DNA of 42,659 bases from an uncultured Lentisphaerales bacterium (GTDB taxonomy: Bacteria > Verrucomicrobiota > Kiritimatiellia > RFP12 > UBA3636): contig CAZUAY010000001.1 in the NCBI GenBank assembly GCA_964618405.1, forward strand, positions 1 through 42,659, in the 5' to 3' direction. Positions within the stretch are counted from its first letter, which is position 1. The number at the start of each line of letters is the position of its first letter. The position numbers and the translations under genes were made by a program. This document shows, one piece after another, positions 8,692-18,038 of the stretch. The notes below the pieces were generated by a model, which searched no databases, had not been told where the DNA came from, and saw only the letters and a program-made list of their open reading frames with translations.

Positions 8692-9696
8692 TCAGTCTAG
8701 CAGGTCCGTGGAGGGTTTTCTACGGTTGGTATCGCCTTCCAGCTCGGACTGGCATTTAATGCACATTTCAGCAAAGGGTAATGCATTAAGACGGGGGCGT
8801 TCGATTTTTTCTCCGCAACTTTCGCAGAGTCCGTAAGTGCCTTTTGTGATGGTCAGAATTGCATTGTTGATCTGGTTGATCTGCGATTGGTCGGTGCTGG
8901 CGCGGTCGAGACTGGTGACCCGTTCGAATGCATCCGTTCCGTCTTCATCTTGATTGACCTCATCATGGCGGAGGAGCGATTGTTCTCGCAATTCACTGAC
9001 TTGCGCGGTAAGGCGTTCGCGTAGAGCAAGCATCGTGGCGTAGAAGACATTCAGTTCTGCAGGTGTAAAATGTTTTGTTGTTTTTTTTCGGTTTTTTTTA
9101 GAAGGGGTGGATACTTTTTCGGGTTTAATTGTTACCGGATCCGGGGACGCTTTCGGTAGGAGAACAGGCTTTTTTACAGCGTCTTTGGGTGCCTTTGTGG
9201 TAATTTTGGCTTTATCCGCGGTTTGGGTCGTCTTGGTTGAAGTTGGTTTTTTGACCGTCATCTTTTTGTCAGGTGGTGTCACTTTTTTTGATGCTTTTCC
9301 GGACCGCTTAGCTGCAGCTTCTTCCACCGGCTTTGCAGCCGTTTTATGGGAAGGAGTTTTCGATGTTGCGGCTTTAGGATTCGTTTTTTTTACTGCTGTT
9401 TTTGCAGATTTAACGGTACCGCTGCTGCGTTTGGGGTCTTTTAAGCTTTTTGAAGAGGGCGAGATCTGCTTGGTGGCAGGAGAATTTGGAGAGGCTTTCG
9501 TTTTCGCGACGGCTTTTTTTATGGGAGAAGCTACAGTTTTGGACCGAGCGACAAGAGGCTTTTGGGAGTTTAAAAGCGCTACCTTTTTTGAAGGGATTGC
9601 CTTTTTGTCCGAGCCAGTCTTCGACTTTCCCGAACTTATTACTGCCTTTAATCCGGGCTGTATCTTGGTTTTGGAAGCTGTTTTTTTAGCGGTCAT
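8692..9696 (-). CDS. DksA/TraR C4 zinc-finger protein with a long lysine/alanine/proline/threonine-rich (histone-H1-like) N-terminal extension
   Basis: 334 aa. The C-terminal ~120 aa have a coiled-coil followed by CESCGEKIERPRLNALPFAEMCIKC (CxxC-N17-CxxC). The N-terminal ~200 aa are low-complexity K/A/P/T/S. Confidence 0.85.
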   Translation of the reverse strand: MTAKKTASKTKIQPGLKAVISSGKSKTGSDKKAIPSKKVALLNSQKPLVARSKTVASPIKKAVAKTKASPNSPATKQISPSSKSLKDPKRSSGTVKSAKTAVKKTNPKAATSKTPSHKTAAKPVEEAAAKRSGKASKKVTPPDKKMTVKKPTSTKTTQTADKAKITTKAPKDAVKKPVLLPKASPDPVTIKPEKVSTPSKKNRKKTTKHFTPAELNVFYATMLALRERLTAQVSELREQSLLRHDEVNQDEDGTDAFERVTSLDRASTDQSQINQINNAILTITKGTYGLCESCGEKIERPRLNALPFAEMCIKCQSELEGDTNRRKPSTDLLD

Positions 9697-9886
9697 TTCT
9701 CATCGTCTCTTAGGTTACGAAGGCTCTTTTTGTCTGATTAGAAATGCGCAGATGCTAGCACAAGGACATAGGAGAGTCAACTCCGCACTTGACTTGCGTG
9801 GGTAGTTTCTGTAAAAGTATCGGTCGTTCGTTCGGCTTCTTTATAAATCGGGTGGACATTTTAACAATAAGTATTTTGGAGATAAA

Positions 9887-11182
9887 ATGACAGACAAAGA
9901 AGTTGCGGTTCTGAATTACCACCTCGGTGGCAAGGTGTCACTCGGGATGCCGAAAGCGCTGAAGACGGTCGATGATCTCTGCCTCGCTTATACACCAGGC
10001 GTGGCCGTGGCTGTCAAGCAAATCGCTGCCGACCCAGAAAAGGTATTCGACTATACGGCGAAGGGTGGGCTTGTGGCGGTCGTCACGGACGGCACGGCGA
10101 TTCTCGGTCTCGGCGATCTCGGTCCGACCGCCTCGATCCCCGTCATGGAAGGCAAGGCCGTTCTGTTCAAGTCTTTCGCCAATGTCAATTCTTGGCCTGT
10201 GGTTCTCGATCACTGTCGCGAGGGCGGCTTGTCGACAGGACCAACGGATCCGCAACGTATTATCGACGCCGTCATGGCGATCGCTCCGATGTACGGCGGG
10301 ATTAATCTGGAAGATATCGCTTCGCCGGCATGTTTCGAAGTTGAGGATCGGCTGGCAGAGATGTTGGACATCCCAGTTTTTCATGACGACCAGTGGGGCA
10401 CGGCCATCATTGTTCTGGCAGGGACGACAAATTTCGCATGCCTCCGCGGGAGCGAAATGCGCGATCTGAAGGTCGTGATTAACGGAGCAGGGGCAGCCGG
10501 CACGCGGATCCGTGAGATGCTTCTGGCTGGCGGTGTTCGTGACGTTACCATGTGCGATAGCAAGGGTGTGATTTATAAGGGGCGGTCGATTAACAAGGCT
10601 CGTCACGAGCAGGTCGCCGTCGAAACGCCATTCCGAACTCTGGATCAGGTGATGGTTGGTGCCGATGTCTTTATTGGTGTTTCGAAGGCGGACTGTGTGA
10701 AGCCAGAATGGATTGCTTCGATGGCGCCGCATCCAGCGATTTTTGCGCTGGCAAATCCCGATCCTGAGATCTGCTATGAGGCCGTTGCTGAGGTGATGGG
10801 CGACAAGCCGTTCGTGATGGCAACGGGCCGTTCCGACTATCCAAACCAGATCAACAACGTCCTCTGCTTCCCGTTCCTCTTCAGAGGTGCACTCGATGTC
10901 CGAGCTCGCAAGATCACGCCACGCATGAAGGTCGCGGCGGCAGAAGCGCTTGCCCAGGCGGCTCGACGTCCTGCCGGTGCCGAGACGAAGGCGCTGTACC
11001 CAGGGGAGCCGCTGGAGTTCGGTCCGAAGTACATCATCCCGAAACCGTTCGACAAGGATATTTTCGCAGAGGTCTCTCTGGCCGTTGCGAAAACAGCAGT
11101 CGAAGATGGAGTCGCCCGCATCGAGAATTTTGATCCCGTGGCCTACAAGGCAAAGCTTATTGCTGACCGCGCACGTTTCTAA
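9887..11182 (+). CDS. NAD(P)-dependent malic enzyme (short form, no PTA-like domain)
   Basis: 431 aa. N-terminus typical of MaeB-type enzymes (LAYTPGVA), NAD-binding GAGAAG motif, and LANPDPE. Confidence 0.9.
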   Translation: MTDKEVAVLNYHLGGKVSLGMPKALKTVDDLCLAYTPGVAVAVKQIAADPEKVFDYTAKGGLVAVVTDGTAILGLGDLGPTASIPVMEGKAVLFKSFANVNSWPVVLDHCREGGLSTGPTDPQRIIDAVMAIAPMYGGINLEDIASPACFEVEDRLAEMLDIPVFHDDQWGTAIIVLAGTTNFACLRGSEMRDLKVVINGAGAAGTRIREMLLAGGVRDVTMCDSKGVIYKGRSINKARHEQVAVETPFRTLDQVMVGADVFIGVSKADCVKPEWIASMAPHPAIFALANPDPEICYEAVAEVMGDKPFVMATGRSDYPNQINNVLCFPFLFRGALDVRARKITPRMKVAAAEALAQAARRPAGAETKALYPGEPLEFGPKYIIPKPFDKDIFAEVSLAVAKTAVEDGVARIENFDPVAYKAKLIADRARF

Positions 11183-11226
11183 AGAGATAGCAATTCTGAT
11201 TTATGGCGATTCGCTACAGAGTGGAA

Positions 11227-11266
11227 GCGGCGTCCTTGCTGCTTTCTCACGCGGCGAGGACGCCGC
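11227..11266 (+). promoter_or_regulatory. Strong hairpin between the malic enzyme and PurH-like genes
   Basis: GCGGCGTCCT (11227-11236) is the perfect reverse complement of AGGACGCCGC (11257-11266), with a 20-nt loop. An alternative local stem CGCGGCG-AGGA-CGCCGCG (11250-11267) overlaps the 3' arm. There is no U-tract. Confidence 0.45.
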
Positions 11267-11297
11267 GTCTACAACAAACACAACCCATCTCCTCATT

Positions 11298-12563
11298 ATG
11301 GACTACAAGGCAGCTTATAAGACGATTATGGACGACCACTTTACGCCCGAAATGGAAATTTCTTTCATTGATGGCATCAATCGCCAGACCCTCCGATACC
11401 AAAAAGTATCGTGGGTGATCGATGGCGAAAATAAAGGGCTCCGCTATGGTGAGAATCCTGGTCAAGAAGCGGCCGTCTATAAGCTTGTGAATGGGAATCT
11501 CGTGCTGGGCGATGTTGAGATGCTCGCGCCGGGCAACACGTTGGCGTCCGAGCCAGAACTGTTGCAGTCCGGAAAACATCCGGGTAAGACCAACTTGACG
11601 GATGCCGACAATGCGCTCAACATTCTGCGCTATCTGGTGGATAAGCCTTCCGCTGTTATCGTGAAGCATAATAATCCGTGTGGCGCCGCCGTGGGATCAT
11701 CGCTTCAGGATGCGTACTATAAGGCGAACAAGGCCGATCGCCTAGCCGCCTTCGGTGGGTGCATCGCCGTCAACCGCGAACTCGACATTGACACAGCGAA
11801 GATGATCGCCGAGAACTATGCCGAGGTCGTCGTGGCTCCGGAGTTTGCCCCAGGAGTCATGGATATTTTTGCTACGAAAAAGAACTTGCGGGTGATGCGC
11901 ATCCGCAATATGGCGAGGCTCTCCGATTTCGTCGCCAAACGCGTTGTCGATTTCAAATCGCTCGTGGATGGGGGTGTTGTGGCGCAGTGGTCGTTCGTGC
12001 CGGAGGCGAGGACGGTGGACAAGCTGATGCCCGCGGAATGTAAGATGAAGGACGGAACGGTTCATCGCATCAAGCGTATGCCGACGGCAGCCGAGAACGA
12101 CGATCTCATTTTTGGTTGGCTCGTTGAAGCGGGTGTGACGAGCAATTCGGTGCTCTACATCAAGGACGGCGTTACGGTCGGTATTGGCACGGGCGAACAG
12201 GATCGAGTTGGCGTGGCAGAGATCGCTCGCGACAAGGCTTACCGCAAGTTGGCCGACTGGATTTCTTGGGAGAAGCATGCGACGCCGTATAATGATTTAA
12301 CGATGAAGTTCGGCGATGAAGGGAAGCGATGGGTCGCAGAGATTGACGAGATCGTCAAGGAGCGCAAGGGCGGCTTAATCGGCTGTAGCATGGTTTCCGA
12401 TGCGTTTTTCCCATTCCGTGATGGCGCTATGGTCGGCATTCGCGAGGGCATCACGGCGATCGTGCAACCCGGCGGGTCGATCAAAGATTGGGATGTCATT
12501 GATTGCTGCAACGAGGCCGACGTGGCGATGGTGTTCACCGGCCAGCGGTCGTTCAGACACTAA
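11298..12563 (+). CDS. AICAR transformylase-domain protein (PurH-like, no MGS/IMP-cyclohydrolase domain)
   Basis: 421 aa counting from the ATG at 11298 (MDYKAAYK). Motifs GENPGQ and KHNNPCGAA, with a typical PurH C-terminus (VFTGQRSFRH). The upstream part of the 10950 ORF overlaps the malic enzyme gene and was discarded. Confidence 0.85.
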   Translation: MDYKAAYKTIMDDHFTPEMEISFIDGINRQTLRYQKVSWVIDGENKGLRYGENPGQEAAVYKLVNGNLVLGDVEMLAPGNTLASEPELLQSGKHPGKTNLTDADNALNILRYLVDKPSAVIVKHNNPCGAAVGSSLQDAYYKANKADRLAAFGGCIAVNRELDIDTAKMIAENYAEVVVAPEFAPGVMDIFATKKNLRVMRIRNMARLSDFVAKRVVDFKSLVDGGVVAQWSFVPEARTVDKLMPAECKMKDGTVHRIKRMPTAAENDDLIFGWLVEAGVTSNSVLYIKDGVTVGIGTGEQDRVGVAEIARDKAYRKLADWISWEKHATPYNDLTMKFGDEGKRWVAEIDEIVKERKGGLIGCSMVSDAFFPFRDGAMVGIREGITAIVQPGGSIKDWDVIDCCNEADVAMVFTGQRSFRH

Positions 12564-13931
12564 GTGAAGAAAAAGTTTATACAAGGCGGATTCCGGGAGA
12601 TTCTGACCATTGCTGTTCCTTTGGTGATTACCAACTCGGCCTTCACCGTGATGCAGTTTTGCGACCGCATCTTTTTGGCGCGTTACGATGACCTCGCAAT
12701 TCAGGCGGCACTTCCAGCGGGGATTTTAGCCTTTGCTTTAATGTGTCTGTTCATTGCGATTGGCGGCTATTCGGGCACGCTGGTTGCACAGTATTTTGGG
12801 GCTGGCGAACGGCTTAAATGCGTTCATTCGACGGTGCAAGGCATCTACTTCAACCTTCTCTGCCTGCCGATATTTATTGCGCTCATTCCTTTGGGGTATT
12901 GGCTTATCGACTGTTTCGGCCATTCGGCAGAACTGGTCGTACAGGAACGGATGTACTTCGCCTGGATGATGTTCAGCGCCGTACCCGTGGGCTTGGGATG
13001 GGCTATCAGTGGTTTCTTCACGGGCCGGAGTCGGGTACGTCTCAACACCATCTCGAACGTGATCGGGTGTGTTATCAACATTGTGCTCGACTATGCTTTG
13101 ATCTTCGGGAAATTTGGACTCCCAGAGTGGGGGCTTAAAGGTGCAGCGATTGCAACCTGCATCGCATCCTGCGTGTCACCGACAATCCAGTTGGGTTTCA
13201 TGCTTCGCTCGAAAATTGTGCGCGAACTTGGGTATCGGAAAGCGTTTACGCCCGATTGGCCGATCATGGGGAAACTGATCCGGTTTGGGGTGCCCTCTGG
13301 CGTTCAGAACATGCTCGATGTCGGTGCATTTGCATTTTTCGTCATGATGACAGCCCGACTCGATTCCGTATCGCTGACAGCCAGCAACGTGGCGTTGAGC
13401 ATCAATTCGCTGGCCTTCTCACCGCTCATGGGCTTTGGTGCGGCGGCATCGATCAAAAGTGGTCAATACAAAGGGGCGGGGGAATTCGATTACGCGATGA
13501 AGTCCGGTTGGTCATCGCTCAAGCTCGGCTTGTGTTATATGGCCATTATCGGCTCGGTATTTGTCCTGCTTCCCGAGACGCTTCTCTCCCTATTCTTCTC
13601 TCAGGGTGAAACGGGGTTGGATAAGGCGGCATTTCTGCGCACAGGGACGATGCTCATGTACCTGATGACCGTTTGGGGCATTTTTGACACGGCAACCATC
13701 GTGCTTATCGGAGCGCTGAAGGGCGTGGGCGACACACGTTTCGTCATGGTCTACCTTTCGCTGATGGCTTGGTTCTTCTGGATTCCTGGTGAGCTCCTTA
13801 TCTTCAAGTTCGGCGGCGGAATCGTCCACGCGTGGATTCTGTTGGCCTTCTATATTTCAGTGCTCTCCTTTGGCTTCGCCAAACGCTGGCATGGTGGCAA
13901 GTGGATGGCAATACGCGTGATTGACCCGTGA
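12564..13931 (+). CDS. MATE-family efflux transporter
   Basis: 455 aa with about 12 predicted TM helices. MATE-type N-terminus (REILTIAVPLVITNS...DRIFLARY). The GTG start directly abuts the upstream stop codon. Confidence 0.88.
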   Translation: MKKKFIQGGFREILTIAVPLVITNSAFTVMQFCDRIFLARYDDLAIQAALPAGILAFALMCLFIAIGGYSGTLVAQYFGAGERLKCVHSTVQGIYFNLLCLPIFIALIPLGYWLIDCFGHSAELVVQERMYFAWMMFSAVPVGLGWAISGFFTGRSRVRLNTISNVIGCVINIVLDYALIFGKFGLPEWGLKGAAIATCIASCVSPTIQLGFMLRSKIVRELGYRKAFTPDWPIMGKLIRFGVPSGVQNMLDVGAFAFFVMMTARLDSVSLTASNVALSINSLAFSPLMGFGAAASIKSGQYKGAGEFDYAMKSGWSSLKLGLCYMAIIGSVFVLLPETLLSLFFSQGETGLDKAAFLRTGTMLMYLMTVWGIFDTATIVLIGALKGVGDTRFVMVYLSLMAWFFWIPGELLIFKFGGGIVHAWILLAFYISVLSFGFAKRWHGGKWMAIRVIDP

Positions 13932-13937
13932 AGGCGC

Positions 13938-14020
13938 GAGGAGAAGTCGCTAGGAGAAGTCGCTAGTCGCTAGGAGAAGTCGCTAGTCGCTAGTCGCTAG
14001 TCGCTAGTTGCTAGTAGTGA
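13938..14020. repeat. Heptanucleotide array (GTCGCTA)n with GGAGAA spacers (locus B, part 1)
   Basis: GTCGCTA starts at 13946, 13959, 13966, 13979, 13986, 13993 and 14000. Degenerate copies GTTGCTA and GTAGTGA follow. GGAGAA inserts lie at 13953 and 13973. Confidence 0.9.
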
Positions 14021-14026
14021 CAAACC

Positions 14027-14128
14027 AGCGTCAAAGTATCAAAGCGCCAAGTAGTCAAAGCTGCCCATTTTTTGCTGCGCTGAGGTTGGGCGGTGTGACA
14101 CTTTGATACTTTGTTGCTTTGACGCAGG
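14027..14128. repeat. Imperfect long inverted repeat of TCAAAG words (locus B, part 2)
   Basis: Left arm CAGCGTCAAAGTATCAAAGCGCCAAGTAGTCAAAGC. The right arm GTGACACTTTGATACTTTGTTGCTTTGACGC reverse-complements to GCGTCAAAGCAACAAAGTATCAAAGTGTCAC. Confidence 0.8.
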
Positions 14129-14182
14129 AAAAACTAACGCGGCTCTAGGGCTGGCCCACTCGCAACTTCTTGGTTCGACAGA

Positions 14183-14250
14183 GTTAGCGACAAAGCTAAC
14201 GACAAAGGTTTTTACTAACGACTAGCGACTTCTTGGCAGCGACAAAGGTT
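14183..14250. repeat. CGACAAAG word repeats, 12-bp period (locus B, part 3)
   Basis: CGACAAAG occurs at 14188, 14200 and 14240. It also contains CTAACGACTAGCGACTTCTT, the reverse complement of the AAGAAGTCGCTAGTCG(C/T)TAG-type words in part 1. Confidence 0.85.
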
Positions 14251-14263
14251 TTTCAAACGGGGT

Positions 14264-14372
14264 CTGGGGTGCCCCCCAGCGGAACCTACGCCCTACGCCC
14301 TACTCCCTACTCCCTTCTCTCCAACCTCACAACTCGCAACTCGCAACTCACTACTCGCGACTGTAATCGGGT
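14264..14372. repeat. G4-loop-C4 hairpin followed by a 12-unit in-phase heptad array (locus B, part 4)
   Basis: Hairpin CTGGGG-TGCC-CCCCAG at 14264-14279. In-phase heptads from 14286 read CTACGCC x2, CTACTCC x2, CTTCTCT, CCAACCT, CACAACT, CGCAACT x2, CACTACT, CGCGACT, GTAATCG. Confidence 0.9.
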
Positions 14373-14455
14373 ACTAATTTTTGATGCATTTTTATCCGAA
14401 AAATGGCACAATTAAAGGATTCATGTAACCCCATTCAGCAGAAAAGTAAACATCC

Positions 14456-15679
14456 ATGATTCTTGCAAACTCCCACTTCTCGAAAATCCAAGCTTCTTAT
14501 CTCTTCTCGAACATTGCCGCCAAGGTTAAGGCATTTACAGTTGCCAATCCTACGGCTTCTATCATTAAGCTCGGTATCGGTGACGTGACGCGTGCGCTCC
14601 CTCAGGCTTGTGTGGATGCGATGGCGGCGGCCACGCAGGAGATGGGAGCGGATGATACATTCCGCGGCTATGGTCCCGATTACGGCTACGACTTCCTCCG
14701 CGAGGCGATTGCACGCGTCGACTTCCAGTCACGCGGTGCGGCGATTGATGCCGACGAAATCTTCATCAGTGATGGCGCGAAATGCGATACGGGGAACTTC
14801 CAAGAATTGTTTGCAACGGACGGCATTACGATCGCCGTGCCCGATCCCGTCTATCCCGTTTATGTCGACACGAACGTCATGGCGGGTCGCACAGGCCAAG
14901 CGGTTGACGGACGCTACGAGGGGCTCGTTTATTTAGAATGCAACGAAGCGAATGGATTCTTCCCGGCACTTCCGTCGGAGCAGGTCGACCTCATCTATCT
15001 CTGTTTTCCCAACAATCCGACTGGCGCCACCGCCACCAAGGAACAGCTTAAGCAGTATGTGGATTATGCTCACGCGCACAAGGCGCTGATTCTCTTCGAT
15101 GCGGCGTACGAGGCCTTTATCCGCGACGAATCGCTTCCGCATTCCATCTACGAAATCCCAGGCGCGAAAGAAGTCGCGGTGGAGTTTCGTAGTTTCTCAA
15201 AGACGGCCGGCTTTACGGGAACACGTTGCGCCTACAGCGTGGTTCCCAATGAATGTCGCATTTTTTCCGAAGACGGCTCGCCCGTGCTGCTCGCTCCGCT
15301 CTGGCGTCGCCGGATGAGTACAAAATTCAATGGGGTTTCTTATCCCGTCCAGCGCGCCGCAGAGGCGATCTTCTCGGCTGAAGGACAGAAGCAAGCGACG
15401 GCCTTGATTGATGGCTATCTGGCCAACGCAAAGCACATCCGCGAACGGCTCAATGCCAAGGGATTTAAGACAACAGGAGGCGACAATTCTCCGTATATCT
15501 GGTTCAACACGGGCATGGATTCGTGGGCGTTCTTCGACAAGCTTCTCGCCGAGGCGAACGTGGTGACGACGCCGGGTTCGGGCTTTGGACGTTGTGGAAA
15601 TGGCTACATCCGTATCAGCGCGTTTAATTCGTTCGACAACGTTGTCAAGGCGATGGATCGCATCTGCAAAATTATCTAA
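14456..15679 (+). CDS. dapL: LL-diaminopimelate aminotransferase
   Basis: 407 aa. N-terminus N..F.K...SYLF..I...V is typical of DapL. PLP-lysine context is [15 protein letters not shown]. Confidence 0.88.
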   Translation: MILANSHFSKIQASYLFSNIAAKVKAFTVANPTASIIKLGIGDVTRALPQACVDAMAAATQEMGADDTFRGYGPDYGYDFLREAIARVDFQSRGAAIDADEIFISDGAKCDTGNFQELFATDGITIAVPDPVYPVYVDTNVMAGRTGQAVDGRYEGLVYLECNEANGFFPALPSEQVDLIYLCFPNNPTGATATKEQLKQYVDYAHAHKALILFDAAYEAFIRDESLPHSIYEIPGAKEVAVEFRSFSKTAGFTGTRCAYSVVPNECRIFSEDGSPVLLAPLWRRRMSTKFNGVSYPVQRAAEAIFSAEGQKQATALIDGYLANAKHIRERLNAKGFKTTGGDNSPYIWFNTGMDSWAFFDKLLAEANVVTTPGSGFGRCGNGYIRISAFNSFDNVVKAMDRICKII

Positions 15680-15758
15680 TTTTAGCGCCCTAAGAAGACG
15701 AACACAGTTCCGACGCAAGACGGGAAATCACGAAACATCAGTCAACGAGAATTTCACC

Positions 15759-16646
15759 ATGATTATAGACGGGAAGGCCATATCGGCGCAGATTCGATCG
15801 GAAATCGCAATTGAATCCGCGAAACTAGCGGCGGCGGGAATGATTCCGGGCCTTGCCGTGATCCTCGTGGGTGAAAACCCGGCGTCCGTTTCTTATGTTA
15901 CGGCGAAGGAACGCGCCTGCCAAGAAACGGGTATCCGTTCATTTCCCATTCGCATGGGAGTCGAGACAACGCAGGCAGCACTTCTCGCCGAAGTGGCGAG
16001 GTTGAATGCCGACCCTACGGTCCATGGTATTTTGATCCAGTTGCCGCTGCCGAAGCATATCGCGGAGTCGGAAGTCATCACGGCGATTCTCCCTGAAAAG
16101 GACGTGGATGGATTTCATCCCGTGAGTTTGGGTAAACTGTTGCTTGGCGAGGATACGTTTGTTTCCTGCACGCCAGCGGGAATACTCGAACTGCTGAAGC
16201 GCAGTGGGGTTGAGACATCCGGCAAGCACGTCGTGGTCGTTGGCCGCAGCAACATTGTGGGTAAACCCGTTGCGAACTTGCTCTTTCAAAAACGCGCCGG
16301 TGCGAATGCGACGGTTACAATCTGCCATACAGGCACTCCCGACATGGGCGTATTCACACGTCAGGCGGATATTCTTATTGTCGCTGCAGGCCATCCGAAT
16401 ACCGTGACAGCAGACATGGTGAAGCCGGGCGTCGTTGTCATCGACGTTGGCGTGAACCGAATTCAAGATGCTACAAAAAAATCTGGTTTCCGCTTGGTCG
16501 GCGATGTCGATTTCGATGCGGTGGAGCCCATTGCCTCCGCGATTACGCCCGTCCCTGGCGGCGTTGGCCCCATGACCATCGCCATGCTTCTTTCCAACAC
16601 ACTCAAATCGGCTCGCCACTTTAGCGAGCTTCGGAAGAAAGTTTAA
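15759..16646 (+). CDS. folD: Bifunctional methylenetetrahydrofolate dehydrogenase/cyclohydrolase
   Basis: 295 aa from the ATG at 15759 (MIIDGKAIS). Motifs [21 protein letters not shown] and PGGVGPMT. Confidence 0.95.
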   Translation: MIIDGKAISAQIRSEIAIESAKLAAAGMIPGLAVILVGENPASVSYVTAKERACQETGIRSFPIRMGVETTQAALLAEVARLNADPTVHGILIQLPLPKHIAESEVITAILPEKDVDGFHPVSLGKLLLGEDTFVSCTPAGILELLKRSGVETSGKHVVVVGRSNIVGKPVANLLFQKRAGANATVTICHTGTPDMGVFTRQADILIVAAGHPNTVTADMVKPGVVVIDVGVNRIQDATKKSGFRLVGDVDFDAVEPIASAITPVPGGVGPMTIAMLLSNTLKSARHFSELRKKV

Positions 16647-16655
16647 GTTCTAGCT

Positions 16656-17960
16656 ATGCGAATGAAAATAGCCCACGACGGCATTAAAAACCTTCACTAC
16701 GAAATCCGCGAGATCGTCGATTTCGGTAATGCCCTGCAGAAGCTCGGCATCCCCATTACGTGGGAGAACATCGGCGATCCTATTATGGCCGGTGAGAAGG
16801 TTGCGCCGTGGGTTAAGGAGACGGTTCGCAACATCCAACTGGATGATTTCTCGTGGGCTTATTGTCCGAGTCGCGGTGTGTTAAAGACTCGAGAGTTCCT
16901 TGCTGACCTCGCATCGAAGCGTCCTGGTGGGCTAAAGATCGGCCCAGACGACATTCTTTTTTTCAATGGTATTGCGGATGCCGTTGACAAAATCTACGAT
17001 CTCATTCAGAAAGACAAACGCGTTCTGATGCCCTCACCATCGTACCCGACGCACACATCGAATGAGGGCAAGCGTGGCGACTACTGTCATCTCCAATTCC
17101 AACTTAATCCGCGAAACGATTGGCAGCCGGATCTCGCGGAGATTGAAAACAAGATTAAATACAATCCGCAGGTTGTGGCTATCGCGATCGTGAATCCCGA
17201 CAATCCAACGGGTTCGGTTTACAAGCGCGAGACACTCGAAGGGATTGTGGCGATTGCGCGGAAATACGGCATCTTCATCATCTGTGATGAAATCTACTCT
17301 CAGATCTGTTACAACGGTGCGGAGACACTTCACATATCTGAAGTCCTCGGTGATGTTCCGGCGCTGGCGCTTCGTGGTATCTCGAAGGATTTCCCTTGGC
17401 CAGGCTCGCGCTGCGGTTGGATCGAAATGCTCAACCGTAACTCCTCCGAATATTTCCGCGAGTATTGCGATGCCCTCGTGAAGAGCAAGATGATGGAGGT
17501 TTGCTCCACCACGCTGCCACAGATGGCTATTCCAGCCGTTTATGGCGACCCGCGTTTTCCTGCGCTTAAAGCCGAACGTGCCAAAATTTTTGAGCGTCGC
17601 TCGAATCAAGTCTATGAGTATTTCCGAGACAATGTCCCCGGGACGATCGTGCGCCGCACGCAGGGAGCGTTTTATTTCTGCGTTGTTTTTGAAGATGGCA
17701 TTCTGAACGATAAACAAACACTTCCGATCGCAGACCCAGTCGTTCGCGCATTTGTAGAAAAGTCTGTCGAAGGCGTTGCGCTCGATAAACGCTTCGTCCA
17801 CTATATGATGGCTTCTGAAGGCGTCTGCGTCACGCCATTAACTGGGTTCCATACGGAAATTTTGGGATTTCGAATTACGACGTTAGCCTCGGACGACAAT
17901 CATCGCGCTGAGGTGCTCGTGCGCATCGGGAATTCTATCAAGCGTTACCTTGCGAGCTGA
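16656..17960 (+). CDS. Class I/II PLP-dependent aminotransferase (alanine aminotransferase-like)
   Basis: 434 aa. YEIREIV near the N-terminus, NPDNPTG, and PLP-lysine context SKDFPWPGSRCGW. Confidence 0.85.
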   Translation: MRMKIAHDGIKNLHYEIREIVDFGNALQKLGIPITWENIGDPIMAGEKVAPWVKETVRNIQLDDFSWAYCPSRGVLKTREFLADLASKRPGGLKIGPDDILFFNGIADAVDKIYDLIQKDKRVLMPSPSYPTHTSNEGKRGDYCHLQFQLNPRNDWQPDLAEIENKIKYNPQVVAIAIVNPDNPTGSVYKRETLEGIVAIARKYGIFIICDEIYSQICYNGAETLHISEVLGDVPALALRGISKDFPWPGSRCGWIEMLNRNSSEYFREYCDALVKSKMMEVCSTTLPQMAIPAVYGDPRFPALKAERAKIFERRSNQVYEYFRDNVPGTIVRRTQGAFYFCVVFEDGILNDKQTLPIADPVVRAFVEKSVEGVALDKRFVHYMMASEGVCVTPLTGFHTEILGFRITTLASDDNHRAEVLVRIGNSIKRYLAS

Positions 17961-18038
17961 GACACAGGGGAGAGCGTAGCGCTAAAATAACAGGACTAGC
18001 GTGAGCCCAATCGGGTAGTTGTCACGAGAGTCGTATTC

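Noticed and set aside
9107-9805. 232-aa + strand ORF
   Set aside because: It is antisense to the lysine-rich DksA-like gene. The Phe/Gly/Ala-rich translation is the mirror of AAA/AAG-rich coding sequence.
10950-11297. 5' extension of the long ORF 10950-12563 (537 aa)
   Set aside because: The first 116 codons overlap the 3' end of the malic enzyme gene in another frame and are Arg/Ser-rich. PurH-like similarity starts only at the Met at 11298.
11183-11297. ZTP (pfl) riboswitch upstream of the PurH-like gene
   Set aside because: The context is suggestive because these are folate and purine genes. However, I could not find the conserved pfl sequence blocks, only generic GC hairpins.
14233-14415. 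60-aa ORF in the MATE-dapL spacer, and the similar ORFs 42052-42330, 42230-42436 and 37458-38087
   Set aside because: They are read straight through heptad and 12-mer repeat arrays. They have no RBS and a low-complexity translation, so they are best explained as by-products of the repeats.
14400-14420. Possible sigma-54 promoter (TGGCAC at 14403) upstream of dapL, considered because rpoN is in the window
   Set aside because: The -24 GG/TGGCAC element is present, but there is no TTGC/GC element at the correct -12 spacing (TGGCACAATTAAAGGA).
15585-15758. Upstream extension of the folD ORF
   Set aside because: It overlaps the 3' end of dapL. Canonical FolD similarity begins at MIIDGKAIS (15759).
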